Shown: positions 38,069 to 46,582 of the stretch, piece after piece
Numbering within the stretch: the first letter of the stretch is position 1
How the letters are laid out: each line of letters begins with the position of its first letter
IMG/VR virus record: IMGVR_UViG_3300029543_000174
Location: 1-50,820 of that record
Origin: a virus
Lineage: Duplodnaviria > Heunggongvirae > Uroviricota > Caudoviricetes
Strand: one strand, 5' to 3'
Length of the DNA: 50,820 nucleotides
The notes under the pieces: generated by a model
Database searches by the model: none
Told to the model about the DNA's origin: nothing
What the model saw: only the letters and a program-made list of their open reading frames with translations
Position numbers and translations under genes: made by a program

Positions 38069-38125
38069 ATGTAACAGAGTTACAGACTTTGTTGCTCCTT
38101 TCTGCTCTTATTAGAGCAACATTAT
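38069..38125 (+). ncRNA. predicted sRNA E, 5' part, with anti-SD CUCCUUUC
   Basis: promoter block 38026-38068 nearly identical to 37811-37853; hairpins GUAAC/GUUAC and UGUUGCUC/GAGCAACA. Confidence 0.6.
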
Positions 38126-38130
38126 TGAAT

Positions 38131-38225
38131 ACAACCGCAGGAACTACGGGGTTAGCCTATTGATACTGTGTTTGTTTAAGAACACTTGAGTAGGAAGCTT
38201 GGCATTCTAATGCGAAGCAGTTCAC
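38131..38225 (+). mobile_element. orphan IS200/IS605-type right end / TnpB omega-RNA-like scaffold
   Basis: AACCGCAGGAACTACGGGGTTAGCCT...AGGAAGCT...GCAGTTCAC; pseudoknot pairing GAACT(38141)/AGTTC(38219); no tnpA or tnpB in the window. Confidence 0.7.
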
Positions 38226-38501
38226 TTTGTTTTTGGTGTTTGTCATTTTTTATTTTCAATGATCTACATCAACTCCTTTTTAATCACTTATTGCCAAATA
38301 AGTGATGATGTCTTTTTTCAAAAAAACCTTTTGATTTTTAAATCGGAAGGTTTTTTTATTTTTTTTGCATTTTTTTAGTAAAAAATTAATTTTTTTTTGC
38401 AAATTTTTATGAAAAAATGAAATATTTGCGATATATATATTGGAAGCATTTCCAAATATATACAAAATGCCAATTGAATGGCAAAAAGAAAGGAACATTT
38501 T

Positions 38502-39053
38502 ATGTTAAAATTTTTTACAAATTTTAAATTCAAAGAAGGAGAAAAGGAAAAAATTCAAGATGAGCTAAGTCGTATTGAAAAACATTTTTCAAAAGAAGCA
38601 AAATTATATTTAAGAATTATGTTTGACGAAAAGAAAGAAATCTATACGTCAAGTGTTACTACTAATTTTGCTAAAAAACTTCTTGTCGGAACAGGTGAAG
38701 GCGTAACGTGTGTTGTTGCAACCGATGAGGCTTGCGATATGCTGATTCGCCAAATCAGAAAGGAAAAGACAAAGAAGTTTGACAAAACCGGCAGAACACC
38801 TCTGTCAGAGCTTGCTGCTGAACAGATTACTTCCGATGAAGTGTCTATGGATGATTTTGAAAAATACGGTATGAGTTCTGATAGAATTACGAAGGTAAAA
38901 AATATTTGTGTAGAACCTATTACTGTTGATGAGGCAATTGACGAAATGGAAGTTCTCGGCAGAGATTTCTTTGTTTTTAACGACCCTGACGGTAATGTTA
39001 ATGTTGTTTACAGAAGAAATAAAAACAAAGGGTTCGGACTACTTAAAGGATAG
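38502..39053 (+). CDS. hpf: long-form ribosome hibernation promoting factor (HPF/RaiA)
   Basis: LSRIEKHF, ATDEACDMLIRQIRKEKTK; C-terminal PITVDEAIDEMEVLGRDFFVF...VNVVYRR. Confidence 0.9.
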   Translation: MLKFFTNFKFKEGEKEKIQDELSRIEKHFSKEAKLYLRIMFDEKKEIYTSSVTTNFAKKLLVGTGEGVTCVVATDEACDMLIRQIRKEKTKKFDKTGRTPLSELAAEQITSDEVSMDDFEKYGMSSDRITKVKNICVEPITVDEAIDEMEVLGRDFFVFNDPDGNVNVVYRRNKNKGFGLLKG

Positions 39054-39078
39054 TATCTGAAAAAAGGAGGATATTTTT

Positions 39079-39459
39079 TTGGAACAAAATTTAAACATTA
39101 ATGACTTATTAAGCTTTAGTCCTATGGATTTAGCTCAAATTTTAAATGATACATTTATTTTTGATATTCCGTGTCAGATTGAAACTGAGCAGGAATTAAA
39201 CGAAGTAGGAAAAATGCTTGCTATTACAAGCAATCAATATTCGTTTTTAACATCAATGTTATCAATTGCAAAAGTGAATGTAAGAAAATATAAGAGAGCT
39301 AAAGCTAAAACAAGTTACGAAGATGCAGTCGATAAAAGGGATATTATTTCTTATACCGTGGATGCTGTAAAATTGCGTCATAAAACTTTATCTCGCTTGA
39401 TTACCGTAAAACAAGAACGTAATAATGAGCTTAATATGTCGGAAAGGAGACAGTTTTGA
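39079..39459 (+). CDS. hypothetical helical (coiled-coil) protein
   Basis: TTG start behind AAGGAGG. Confidence 0.7.
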   Translation: MEQNLNINDLLSFSPMDLAQILNDTFIFDIPCQIETEQELNEVGKMLAITSNQYSFLTSMLSIAKVNVRKYKRAKAKTSYEDAVDKRDIISYTVDAVKLRHKTLSRLITVKQERNNELNMSERRQF

Positions 39460-39806
39460 CGTGTAAAAAAATTAGCTTAAACGAATATTTAATTGAGTAT
39501 GATGCTTTGTTTGACAACAAAATTTGGAAAGGTCATACTCGATGTGATAGTACCAAAATTGATGAATCCTTTGTGAAAATTACAAAAGATTTCATCAAAG
39601 AGGATATTCACAGAAATACCAACTGCCCTTTAGATGAAATTATTATTTCAATACAAAATATTAAATGCATTGGCAAAAGAGTAATAGAACTGTCTAAAGA
39701 AGACACTGTTAAATTTAACAATCTATATGCTGAAGAAATGTTCAATGCTCAATTTCTTAAAGCAGTGAAAAATAACAGGAAAAGTAAAGGAGAAAATATT
39801 CAATGA
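39456..39806 (+). CDS. hypothetical protein
   Basis: TTG start behind GAAAGGAG; 4-bp overlaps on both sides. Confidence 0.7.
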   Translation: MTCKKISLNEYLIEYDALFDNKIWKGHTRCDSTKIDESFVKITKDFIKEDIHRNTNCPLDEIIISIQNIKCIGKRVIELSKEDTVKFNNLYAEEMFNAQFLKAVKNNRKSKGENIQ

Positions 39807-40117
39807 CTAAGTATGAAAAATTAGAGGAATATTTCACAAAAACAGAATTTGCCGTTTTAAAATATTTTGTTGACCATTCAGTACCGCTTAATACTATTGA
39901 CGAAATTCCAAAGAATTGGAGAGATTGGTTTGGTTCAAATCATTTGTATAAATGTGAAGCAAAGCAAGCTGACATCGCCAAAGAATTAGGAATAACTCCT
40001 ACTGCGGTAAGCAGAAGTATAACTTTACTTCGTACATACCAAACCGTCACTAAGATAAGAGGCATTAAAGGATACATTGTCAATAAAGATTGGCTTTATG
40101 ACGAATATCAATATTAA
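39803..40117 (+). CDS. winged-HTH protein
   Basis: KQADIAKELGITPTAVSRSITLL...GYIVN. Confidence 0.8.
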   Translation: MTKYEKLEEYFTKTEFAVLKYFVDHSVPLNTIDEIPKNWRDWFGSNHLYKCEAKQADIAKELGITPTAVSRSITLLRTYQTVTKIRGIKGYIVNKDWLYDEYQY

Positions 40118-40122
40118 AAACC

Positions 40123-40363
40123 TTGACATTAATTCTTATTTGCGTTACTATAACAATAGTAATTATTATTATTTAATTTTATAGTATATTAAGTCAGTTA
40201 TTGCAATTTGCGATAGCTGACTTTTATTAATTTAATAAACAATAGCCGATTAATTTTGTGTATACAAATTTAGTCGGCTTTTTTTGTTTTCATAAGAACT
40301 TTCACATAAAAATTTATGCTCAGTGAAAAGTTCAGTCGTAAGGGCAACGACAGGAGGTATTTT
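40123..40363 (+). promoter_or_regulatory. establishment-type leader L2
   Basis: TTGACA 40123-17-TACTAT 40146; terminators 40191-40225 and 40244-40285; hairpin 40296-40333 containing TTATGCTCA; GTCGT-AAGGGCA-ACGAC 40335-40351 followed by AGGAGG. Confidence 0.8.
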
Positions 40364-40426
40364 ATGAGAACAAAATATTCAACACACTCTTATTTACTAT
40401 ATAGGTTCAAATATAAGAAACTATAA
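40364..40426 (+). CDS. 20-aa ORF (MRTKYSTHSYLLYRFKYKKL), a leader peptide or gene remnant
   Basis: perfect SD AGGAGG; occupies the position where ssb and ardC start in the other two leaders. Confidence 0.45.
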   Translation: MRTKYSTHSYLLYRFKYKKL

Positions 40427-40444
40427 GAAAGAGAGGTGTAATAA

Positions 40445-42592
40445 ATGGAAGAAACTGTAACATTGGTCGGTACACATTCGTACACAATCTATGATAACAA
40501 TGGTTTTTCCATTCAAACAATTAAGCTTGTGGAAGAAGGAGGCAGAATTACTGCTAAAGGCTATAATCTTCCACAAGACCAATATACCTATCAATATAAA
40601 GGAACAATCATTGAGGATAAAAAATACGGAAGACAGTTAAATGTTCAACTGTGTACGCTTTATATCAATGAAAAAGAAGATATTATTAAATATCTTAAAG
40701 AAAATATTGCTGGTATAGGTAAAAAGTACGCTGAAGCACTTTATAAAGCATATGGAAAAGATGTATTCAAGCAAGCTAAAGATTATGATGCTGTATTCGC
40801 AGTAATCAGATCTGAAAAGAAAGCAAAGAAGATAACCGAAAGTGCACAATCACAATTAGTATCTCCTGAAATGTTTGAAATTATTTCCAAATACCAAATA
40901 CAACCAAAAATACTGAACAAATTAGGATTTTCTTTTGAAGCTATAAAGGAGAATCCTTTTATTATGTCCGGTAATGTTACTTTCTATAAATTAAATAGAA
41001 TGGCAATTGATTTTGGCTCGGATTTGATATGTTATGACCGCATAAGAGCAGCAGTAAATTATGTTTTAAATGAACTTATAGGTTCACGAGGACATATGTA
41101 CTATCCTTACGATGAATTTGTTACAGTAACATTAAATCTTCTTAATAAGGGCGTACAGAGAAAATGCTCACTTGATGATTTAAAGAAAACTCTAAGAAAA
41201 ATGAACAACGATCAAGAAATTGTACTGCGTAAAGCAAACAATAAATTAATCATTTATTCAAAGTTTAATTATGAAACCGAAAATATAATTTCAGAAAGCA
41301 TCATAAAAACACTTCTTAAACCAAAGGACAAAATCAGCGTAAGTAAAATTAAAGCTGCTATTAATGAAACCGAAAAAGAATTTGGTATCTCTCTTGCAGA
41401 AAAGCAAGAAATAGCAGTAAAAATGGTAATGGAAAACAATTTTTCAATTATCACAGGTTCAGCAGGTACAGGTAAAACAACTGTACTTAAAACAGCAATA
41501 AGAACCTACGAAAAAATATTCAAATGTGAGGATGAAGACATTCTCTTACTTGCACCGACAGGCAGAGCTGCACAAAGAATGAGTGAGGCTACTATGCACA
41601 ATGCACAGACGGTCCATTCAAAACTTCTTATTGATGAAGACGGTTCAGTTGGTCAGGAAATAGAAGAAAAAATCATTTTTATAGATGAAATGTCAATGAC
41701 AGATGCAAAATTGCTTTCACTCATTTTTAAAAATACTAAAAATGATAATGCTAAATTTGTATTCTTAGGCGATCCTAATCAGTTACCAAGTGTCGGTGCT
41801 GGAAACATTCTTGAAGATTGTATTCTTTCTGAAGTTATTCCTACCACAAAACTTGATGTAATCCATAGGCAAGCCAAAGATTCATTGATCATTAAAAACG
41901 CATTGAATATTTTAAAAGGTAATTCTTCTCTTACTCTTGGTAATGATTTTGATTTTGTAAAATCAAATACAATCAAAGATGATTGTGTTGAAATTTTTAA
42001 AAATGAATTTGCCAAATACAAAAATAATATTATGGCTGTTCAAATCATAACACCAATGAAAACGAGAGGAGATTATTGTCAGGAAACCCTTAATAATGCT
42101 ATTCAAAAATTAGTTAATCCGATAGAAGACGGCGATATTACTTTCACAATAAATAACTATAAATTCCATATCGGGGATAAGGTTATTTGTCAGAAAAATA
42201 ATAAATTATCTAAAAACGGTGATATTGGACTTATCAAAGATATTTATCGTGATGAGGATAATAAGTTGTCTGTCGATATAGACTTCTATAATCACATTAT
42301 TTCGTATACAGTTTCTGAATTAAGAGATTTAAAATTTGCACTTGCTTATGCAATTACAATTCATAAATCACAAGGTTCGGAATTTCCATCAGTTATTATG
42401 CCGGTGGGAAGTGAACAAATGTGTATGCTTCAACGAAACCTTATGTATACAGCAGTTACAAGAGCATCAAAAAAGATGACTCTTGTTGGCAGTAAAACTG
42501 TATATAAAAGAGCAGTTGAAAAAAATGTGAAGCAAGTAAGATTAACTGCATTGAAACAATATCTTGTTAAGGCGTATAAAGAAGCAATCTAA
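40445..42592 (+). CDS. recD2: RecD2-like SF1B DNA helicase
   Basis: HhH GIGKKYA; GSAGTGKTT, LAPTGRAA, DEMSM, GDPNQLPSVGAG, HRQ, YAITIHKSQGSEF, YTAVTRA. Confidence 0.95.
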   Translation: MEETVTLVGTHSYTIYDNNGFSIQTIKLVEEGGRITAKGYNLPQDQYTYQYKGTIIEDKKYGRQLNVQLCTLYINEKEDIIKYLKENIAGIGKKYAEALYKAYGKDVFKQAKDYDAVFAVIRSEKKAKKITESAQSQLVSPEMFEIISKYQIQPKILNKLGFSFEAIKENPFIMSGNVTFYKLNRMAIDFGSDLICYDRIRAAVNYVLNELIGSRGHMYYPYDEFVTVTLNLLNKGVQRKCSLDDLKKTLRKMNNDQEIVLRKANNKLIIYSKFNYETENIISESIIKTLLKPKDKISVSKIKAAINETEKEFGISLAEKQEIAVKMVMENNFSIITGSAGTGKTTVLKTAIRTYEKIFKCEDEDILLLAPTGRAAQRMSEATMHNAQTVHSKLLIDEDGSVGQEIEEKIIFIDEMSMTDAKLLSLIFKNTKNDNAKFVFLGDPNQLPSVGAGNILEDCILSEVIPTTKLDVIHRQAKDSLIIKNALNILKGNSSLTLGNDFDFVKSNTIKDDCVEIFKNEFAKYKNNIMAVQIITPMKTRGDYCQETLNNAIQKLVNPIEDGDITFTINNYKFHIGDKVICQKNNKLSKNGDIGLIKDIYRDEDNKLSVDIDFYNHIISYTVSELRDLKFALAYAITIHKSQGSEFPSVIMPVGSEQMCMLQRNLMYTAVTRASKKMTLVGSKTVYKRAVEKNVKQVRLTALKQYLVKAYKEAI

Positions 42593-42620
42593 TATAAGCC
42601 ATTAAGGAGGATTATATATT

Positions 42621-43004
42621 ATGGCTACAGAAACATTAAAGCGTATTTGCCTTCGTTCAGAAAAAAAGATTGAAATGATTTCAAAACTTTTATCTGATGG
42701 TGAACAAATAAACAAATTTATTATGAGTTCCGATTACTATAGAGAACATTTCTATATCAGTACACCTGAACAGACAGACATTCTGTCTGCAATTGAGGAT
42801 ACACTTCACCGTATGATTGAAGCCGGTTGGTCTGATGATGACATTGCTTTTGTTCTTGATGCACATAAAGATGTGTTTGAAGACACAGAAGATGCAGAAG
42901 ATACAGAAGACACAGATGAAACTATCACACCAATTGATTTGGGCTATTCACTTATTGGTGAAGTTATATTTCACAGAAAGGGGTACAAATTGGAATGTCA
43001 ATAG
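42621..43004 (+). CDS. hypothetical acidic protein
   Basis: SD AAGGAGG; EDT/EDA 9-bp repeats. Confidence 0.75.
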   Translation: MATETLKRICLRSEKKIEMISKLLSDGEQINKFIMSSDYYREHFYISTPEQTDILSAIEDTLHRMIEAGWSDDDIAFVLDAHKDVFEDTEDAEDTEDTDETITPIDLGYSLIGEVIFHRKGYKLECQ

Positions 43005-43342
43005 AAAATTTAAGAACTCATTACCTTTATCAGTTTGTTGGCGGAGAGTTAGATGGTCTTATCTTAAGTTATCCAACGCTTAAGTTAAAAAATGTTATTA
43101 ATGGCTATTCTGAGGATTTGACCGAAAAACGAAATAAAGGCTTTTTGTGTAAGCGTGAAGAACTTGATAATCAGCCGATTATCAAAGGCTATTTAGGACC
43201 TATGTACGGTGGCGATTGCTATTTAGTACATGGTCAAATTAAAAAGTCGTACAAATGCACAGATGAAGTAAAAAAACATAATAAACATATTCATATCATC
43301 AGATATGAAACACAAGAAGTATATGATATGCTTTCTTGTTGA
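42995..43342 (+). CDS. hypothetical protein
   Basis: operon packing; FVGGELDG motif. Confidence 0.7.
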   Translation: MSIENLRTHYLYQFVGGELDGLILSYPTLKLKNVINGYSEDLTEKRNKGFLCKREELDNQPIIKGYLGPMYGGDCYLVHGQIKKSYKCTDEVKKHNKHIHIIRYETQEVYDMLSC

Positions 43343-43360
43343 ATTTTGGAGGAAATTATT

Positions 43361-43768
43361 ATGGCAAAAAACAATTTAACACCTTCCGACTTACTGTCGG
43401 AAGATAATGACTATATTGAGTTTTACGATAATGTATTTGATATGTTTGTTGGTTTGGATTATGTATCCGAAAAGGATCTAAACCGTGAAGCTGATAAATA
43501 TTATTATCGTTTTCTCAATTATCTTAATAATAATGTTCAAGTGTTATCTGTGGCAAATTCTACTTGTGCTTGGACTGATTTTATCAAAAAACATATCAAG
43601 GCTTTTAAAAAGTTTACAAAAGAACATTGGGTACGTACATATAAAGATGATTTGGATGAATTTATCTATCAGTGGATAAAAGAACTGCATCTGTATGGTG
43701 CAGGATATGTTAGTGAAAGTGAATACAAAGCACTTGTTGATATGTTAATTGACCCAAATAATAATTAA
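43361..43768 (+). CDS. hypothetical protein
   Basis: ATG 43361 behind GGAGG. Confidence 0.75.
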   Translation: MAKNNLTPSDLLSEDNDYIEFYDNVFDMFVGLDYVSEKDLNREADKYYYRFLNYLNNNVQVLSVANSTCAWTDFIKKHIKAFKKFTKEHWVRTYKDDLDEFIYQWIKELHLYGAGYVSESEYKALVDMLIDPNNN

Positions 43769-43782
43769 GGAGGAGTTGTGAA

Positions 43783-44631
43783 ATGACACAACCTATTACA
43801 TACACTGCATACAGAATTGCATTGATGATTATTGAAAGCGAAGATTTTGAATTAAAAATTGACAAGGATAAAGACGGCAATAAAGTCTTTAAACTTGTTG
43901 ATGATAATTCAGCAAACTGGGGTGATATTGAGTCTGATGAGTTCTATAATTTGGCAACAGTTATTGACAGATTAGAAGCTTATCACGATGATTATTACTT
44001 CAAGGAATTTGAAGAAAAGCGTAACCCTGATATTTTAAGTGGCAAAATTCTGCCGGATCTTTCGGATGGTAAGCCATTTGAAAAATACAGTGACCTTGCT
44101 GCTATCTGTTGGTTTATCAAAAATTCAGCAGATATTCTTAGTAAAATCACGCCGGATGTGGCTGATGCTTTTGATTATGATATGGCTTTAAGTCTTGTTG
44201 ATAGATATGACCGAGATACTGATGAAGAGTGTTTAGACTATTATGTCAGCAAAATGCTTTTCCATATTTTATTTAAAACACTCTCGGCTTACAGAGTTGT
44301 TGAGTGCAATAATCATATTTATTGTACAGCTTATGATGATGCCAAGCTTTGGAAATCGGACAAGGAATTATGTAATTTGATTTACAAACAAGTTGAAACC
44401 GATTTATGCAATTTTGATGATTGGCTTAATGGGCTTCACTCATGGCTCAAAGAAAATTTTATCTATGAATCAACAAGCAATGATTCAAGCGGTAGAGCTT
44501 ACCGTCAAATGCTTGAAAGAGAAGAAGAACAAATTGTTGATGACCTCAAAGACTTAGGCAAAGAAGGTCATTACTTTGACGAATATGCTTTTGCATATCT
44601 TGGTCTTTTAGACGAGTATGATAAAGCATAA
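43783..44631 (+). CDS. hypothetical acidic protein
   Basis: SD AAGGAGG; D/E-rich. Confidence 0.8.
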   Translation: MTQPITYTAYRIALMIIESEDFELKIDKDKDGNKVFKLVDDNSANWGDIESDEFYNLATVIDRLEAYHDDYYFKEFEEKRNPDILSGKILPDLSDGKPFEKYSDLAAICWFIKNSADILSKITPDVADAFDYDMALSLVDRYDRDTDEECLDYYVSKMLFHILFKTLSAYRVVECNNHIYCTAYDDAKLWKSDKELCNLIYKQVETDLCNFDDWLNGLHSWLKENFIYESTSNDSSGRAYRQMLEREEEQIVDDLKDLGKEGHYFDEYAFAYLGLLDEYDKA

Positions 44632-44702
44632 CAAAAAAATAATAACAAAAAGAAAAATCCATTGAGTTATATAATTCAGTGGATTTTTTTATGGAGGTAA
44701 AT

Positions 44703-45134
44703 ATGAGTAATTCATATAAAGAATTAATAGATAAGCAAATGGAAGAAACCAATGCTTTTCCAGTGAAAACTGCCACTAATAGTGAGCATTTTAAAAAAAT
44801 TGTAAATGAATGGAATTTATCTTGTTACGGAAAACAACTTGTTCAGTCAGGTATTGATATGTTTATTCGCAAAAAAGATGTAAAAGCATTCAATGATATG
44901 CTTAACCGTCATCTTGAAGAACATTTAAAAGCTATTGATGAAGATAAAACCGGTGATGGATATATCTATGATATGTTCGTTTACGAATTACAAAAACATA
45001 AGTACAAATATACCAGCCGTGTTGATGATACACTTAATGCTTTGGCTATATCAAGAGAAACATTACAGCAAAATACTGTAATGAATCAAGCATTAGAAAA
45101 AGCTTGTAAATTTGTTATGAGTTTAGATGATTAA
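44703..45134 (+). CDS. hypothetical protein, tandem paralog 1
   Basis: SD GGAGGT; highly similar to the next gene (ETNAFP, GYIYDMFVYELQ, KFVMSLDD). Confidence 0.85.
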   Translation: MSNSYKELIDKQMEETNAFPVKTATNSEHFKKIVNEWNLSCYGKQLVQSGIDMFIRKKDVKAFNDMLNRHLEEHLKAIDEDKTGDGYIYDMFVYELQKHKYKYTSRVDDTLNALAISRETLQQNTVMNQALEKACKFVMSLDD

Positions 45135-45159
45135 GGAGAATTCTTTTATGGAGGTAAAT

Positions 45160-45612
45160 ATGAATAATTCATATAAAGAGCTAAAAGACAAACAAATGGC
45201 GGAAACTAACGCTTTTCCTATTAAAGCTGCTTTCAGTGATGAACAATTTAGAAAAGTTGTTGAAGAATGGAATTTATCATTTGATGAAAATTCTGATGAT
45301 TATTTTGGAAAGCAACTTGCTTCATTAGGATGCGGTGTACTCATCCGTAAAAAGGATGTAAAAGCATTTAATGAAATGCTTAACCGTCATCGTGAAGAAC
45401 ACCAAAAAGCTATTGAGAAAGACACAACAGGCGAAGGATATATCTATGATATGTTTGTATACGAGTTACAAAACTATGAATATGGATATACCGGATGTGT
45501 TGATGATACTCTTGAAGCTTTGGGTATATCAAGAGAAACATTACAGCAAAATGCTGTAATGAATCAAGCATTAGAAAAAGCTCGTAAATTTGTTATGAGT
45601 TTGGATGATTAA
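45160..45612 (+). CDS. hypothetical protein, tandem paralog 2
   Basis: ATG 45160 behind GGAGGT; paralog of 44703-45134. Confidence 0.85.
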   Translation: MNNSYKELKDKQMAETNAFPIKAAFSDEQFRKVVEEWNLSFDENSDDYFGKQLASLGCGVLIRKKDVKAFNEMLNRHREEHQKAIEKDTTGEGYIYDMFVYELQNYEYGYTGCVDDTLEALGISRETLQQNAVMNQALEKARKFVMSLDD

Positions 45613-45626
45613 GGAGGAACATTCAA

Positions 45627-46202
45627 ATGAGAGTTTATGATCCAATAGATGTGAGGATAAGCTCGGACCTTTCAAACGAGGAGAGGGCTTACGAAATATT
45701 TAAGCGTTGCTGGATTAATCAACATATTGATGACATAACAATGACACAAACCGAGGCTCTTTATGAAAATGATGAGTCTAATAAGAACCTTCACGAATGC
45801 GAAGATTCAACAGATGGTATGTCATTCGATGAATATGTTGAAGAATATGGATTTGCCAACGGTGAAATTTATCCTTGCTATGAGGAATTTCTCAATAATG
45901 ATTTTGAAGATTTTCTTTATTATCCTGAAATTGAAAAAATTATTGATAATACAGATGAAGAAGAATCCGGAATGCTAAAGCTTATTTGTTATCGTTATAG
46001 GCTGTCACAGGTTTTAGGTAGAGAATGTATTGATTTTCCGAGTGTTTTTAGTGACAATAAATTACTTATTGAAACACTAAAAAAATTGAAAGTTGATAAA
46101 ATTTCTTTTGGAAACGATGACAACACTGTTGTTAACGAACATCAAGAAAAAACCGATAAACCTATTCATCTATTTTTTGATGAGCTTGTAAATCTGTTAT
46201 GA
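45627..46202 (+). CDS. hypothetical acidic protein with a mosaic C-terminus
   Basis: SD in the junction repeat; ends with QEKTDKPIHLFFDE, which is shared with the next gene. Confidence 0.8.
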   Translation: MRVYDPIDVRISSDLSNEERAYEIFKRCWINQHIDDITMTQTEALYENDESNKNLHECEDSTDGMSFDEYVEEYGFANGEIYPCYEEFLNNDFEDFLYYPEIEKIIDNTDEEESGMLKLICYRYRLSQVLGRECIDFPSVFSDNKLLIETLKKLKVDKISFGNDDNTVVNEHQEKTDKPIHLFFDELVNLL

Positions 46203-46230
46203 GCTTAAATGATTAAGGAGGAAGTTTTAA

Positions 46231-46545
46231 ATGAAAAATTGCAATAAGCCTATTTATTACGATGAATACGAAGATTCAATCGTTATTGATGAAAAATCAT
46301 TTTCAAAGCCAACAATTCTACGTGATGATTATCTTCAAATCAAAACAACAGGTCATCATTATGATTTTATTGCATCTGTTCAAAACAAAACTGACAAACC
46401 TGTTCATCTGATTTTTGATGAAGAAGTTGGAGTGGATGTTGACGAACTTGAAATTGATTCATTAAATTGGTTTGGCATTCTTGCTAATGATAACGGTTAC
46501 AGGATGCTTGAAGCACTTGTAAATAACAAATTTTCAAAAGAATAA
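46231..46545 (+). CDS. hypothetical acidic protein
   Basis: SD in the junction repeat. Confidence 0.8.
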   Translation: MKNCNKPIYYDEYEDSIVIDEKSFSKPTILRDDYLQIKTTGHHYDFIASVQNKTDKPVHLIFDEEVGVDVDELEIDSLNWFGILANDNGYRMLEALVNNKFSKE

Positions 46546-46582
46546 ATTTGTTATGAGCTTAGATGATTAAGGAGGAAACGAT

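Larger units (their letters stand above)
45101..46577 (+). repeat. four copies of a ~38-bp gene-junction repeat
   Basis: AGCTYGTAAATYTGTTATGAGYTTRRATGATTAAGGAG at 45101-45138, 45579-45616, 46183-46220 and (5'-shortened) 46543-46574. Confidence 0.9.

Noticed and set aside
45101..46577. 38-bp repeats as CRISPR repeats or integron attC sites
   Set aside because: Spacing is 350-600 bp with whole genes between copies; the repeat is not palindromic and no cas or intI gene is seen.
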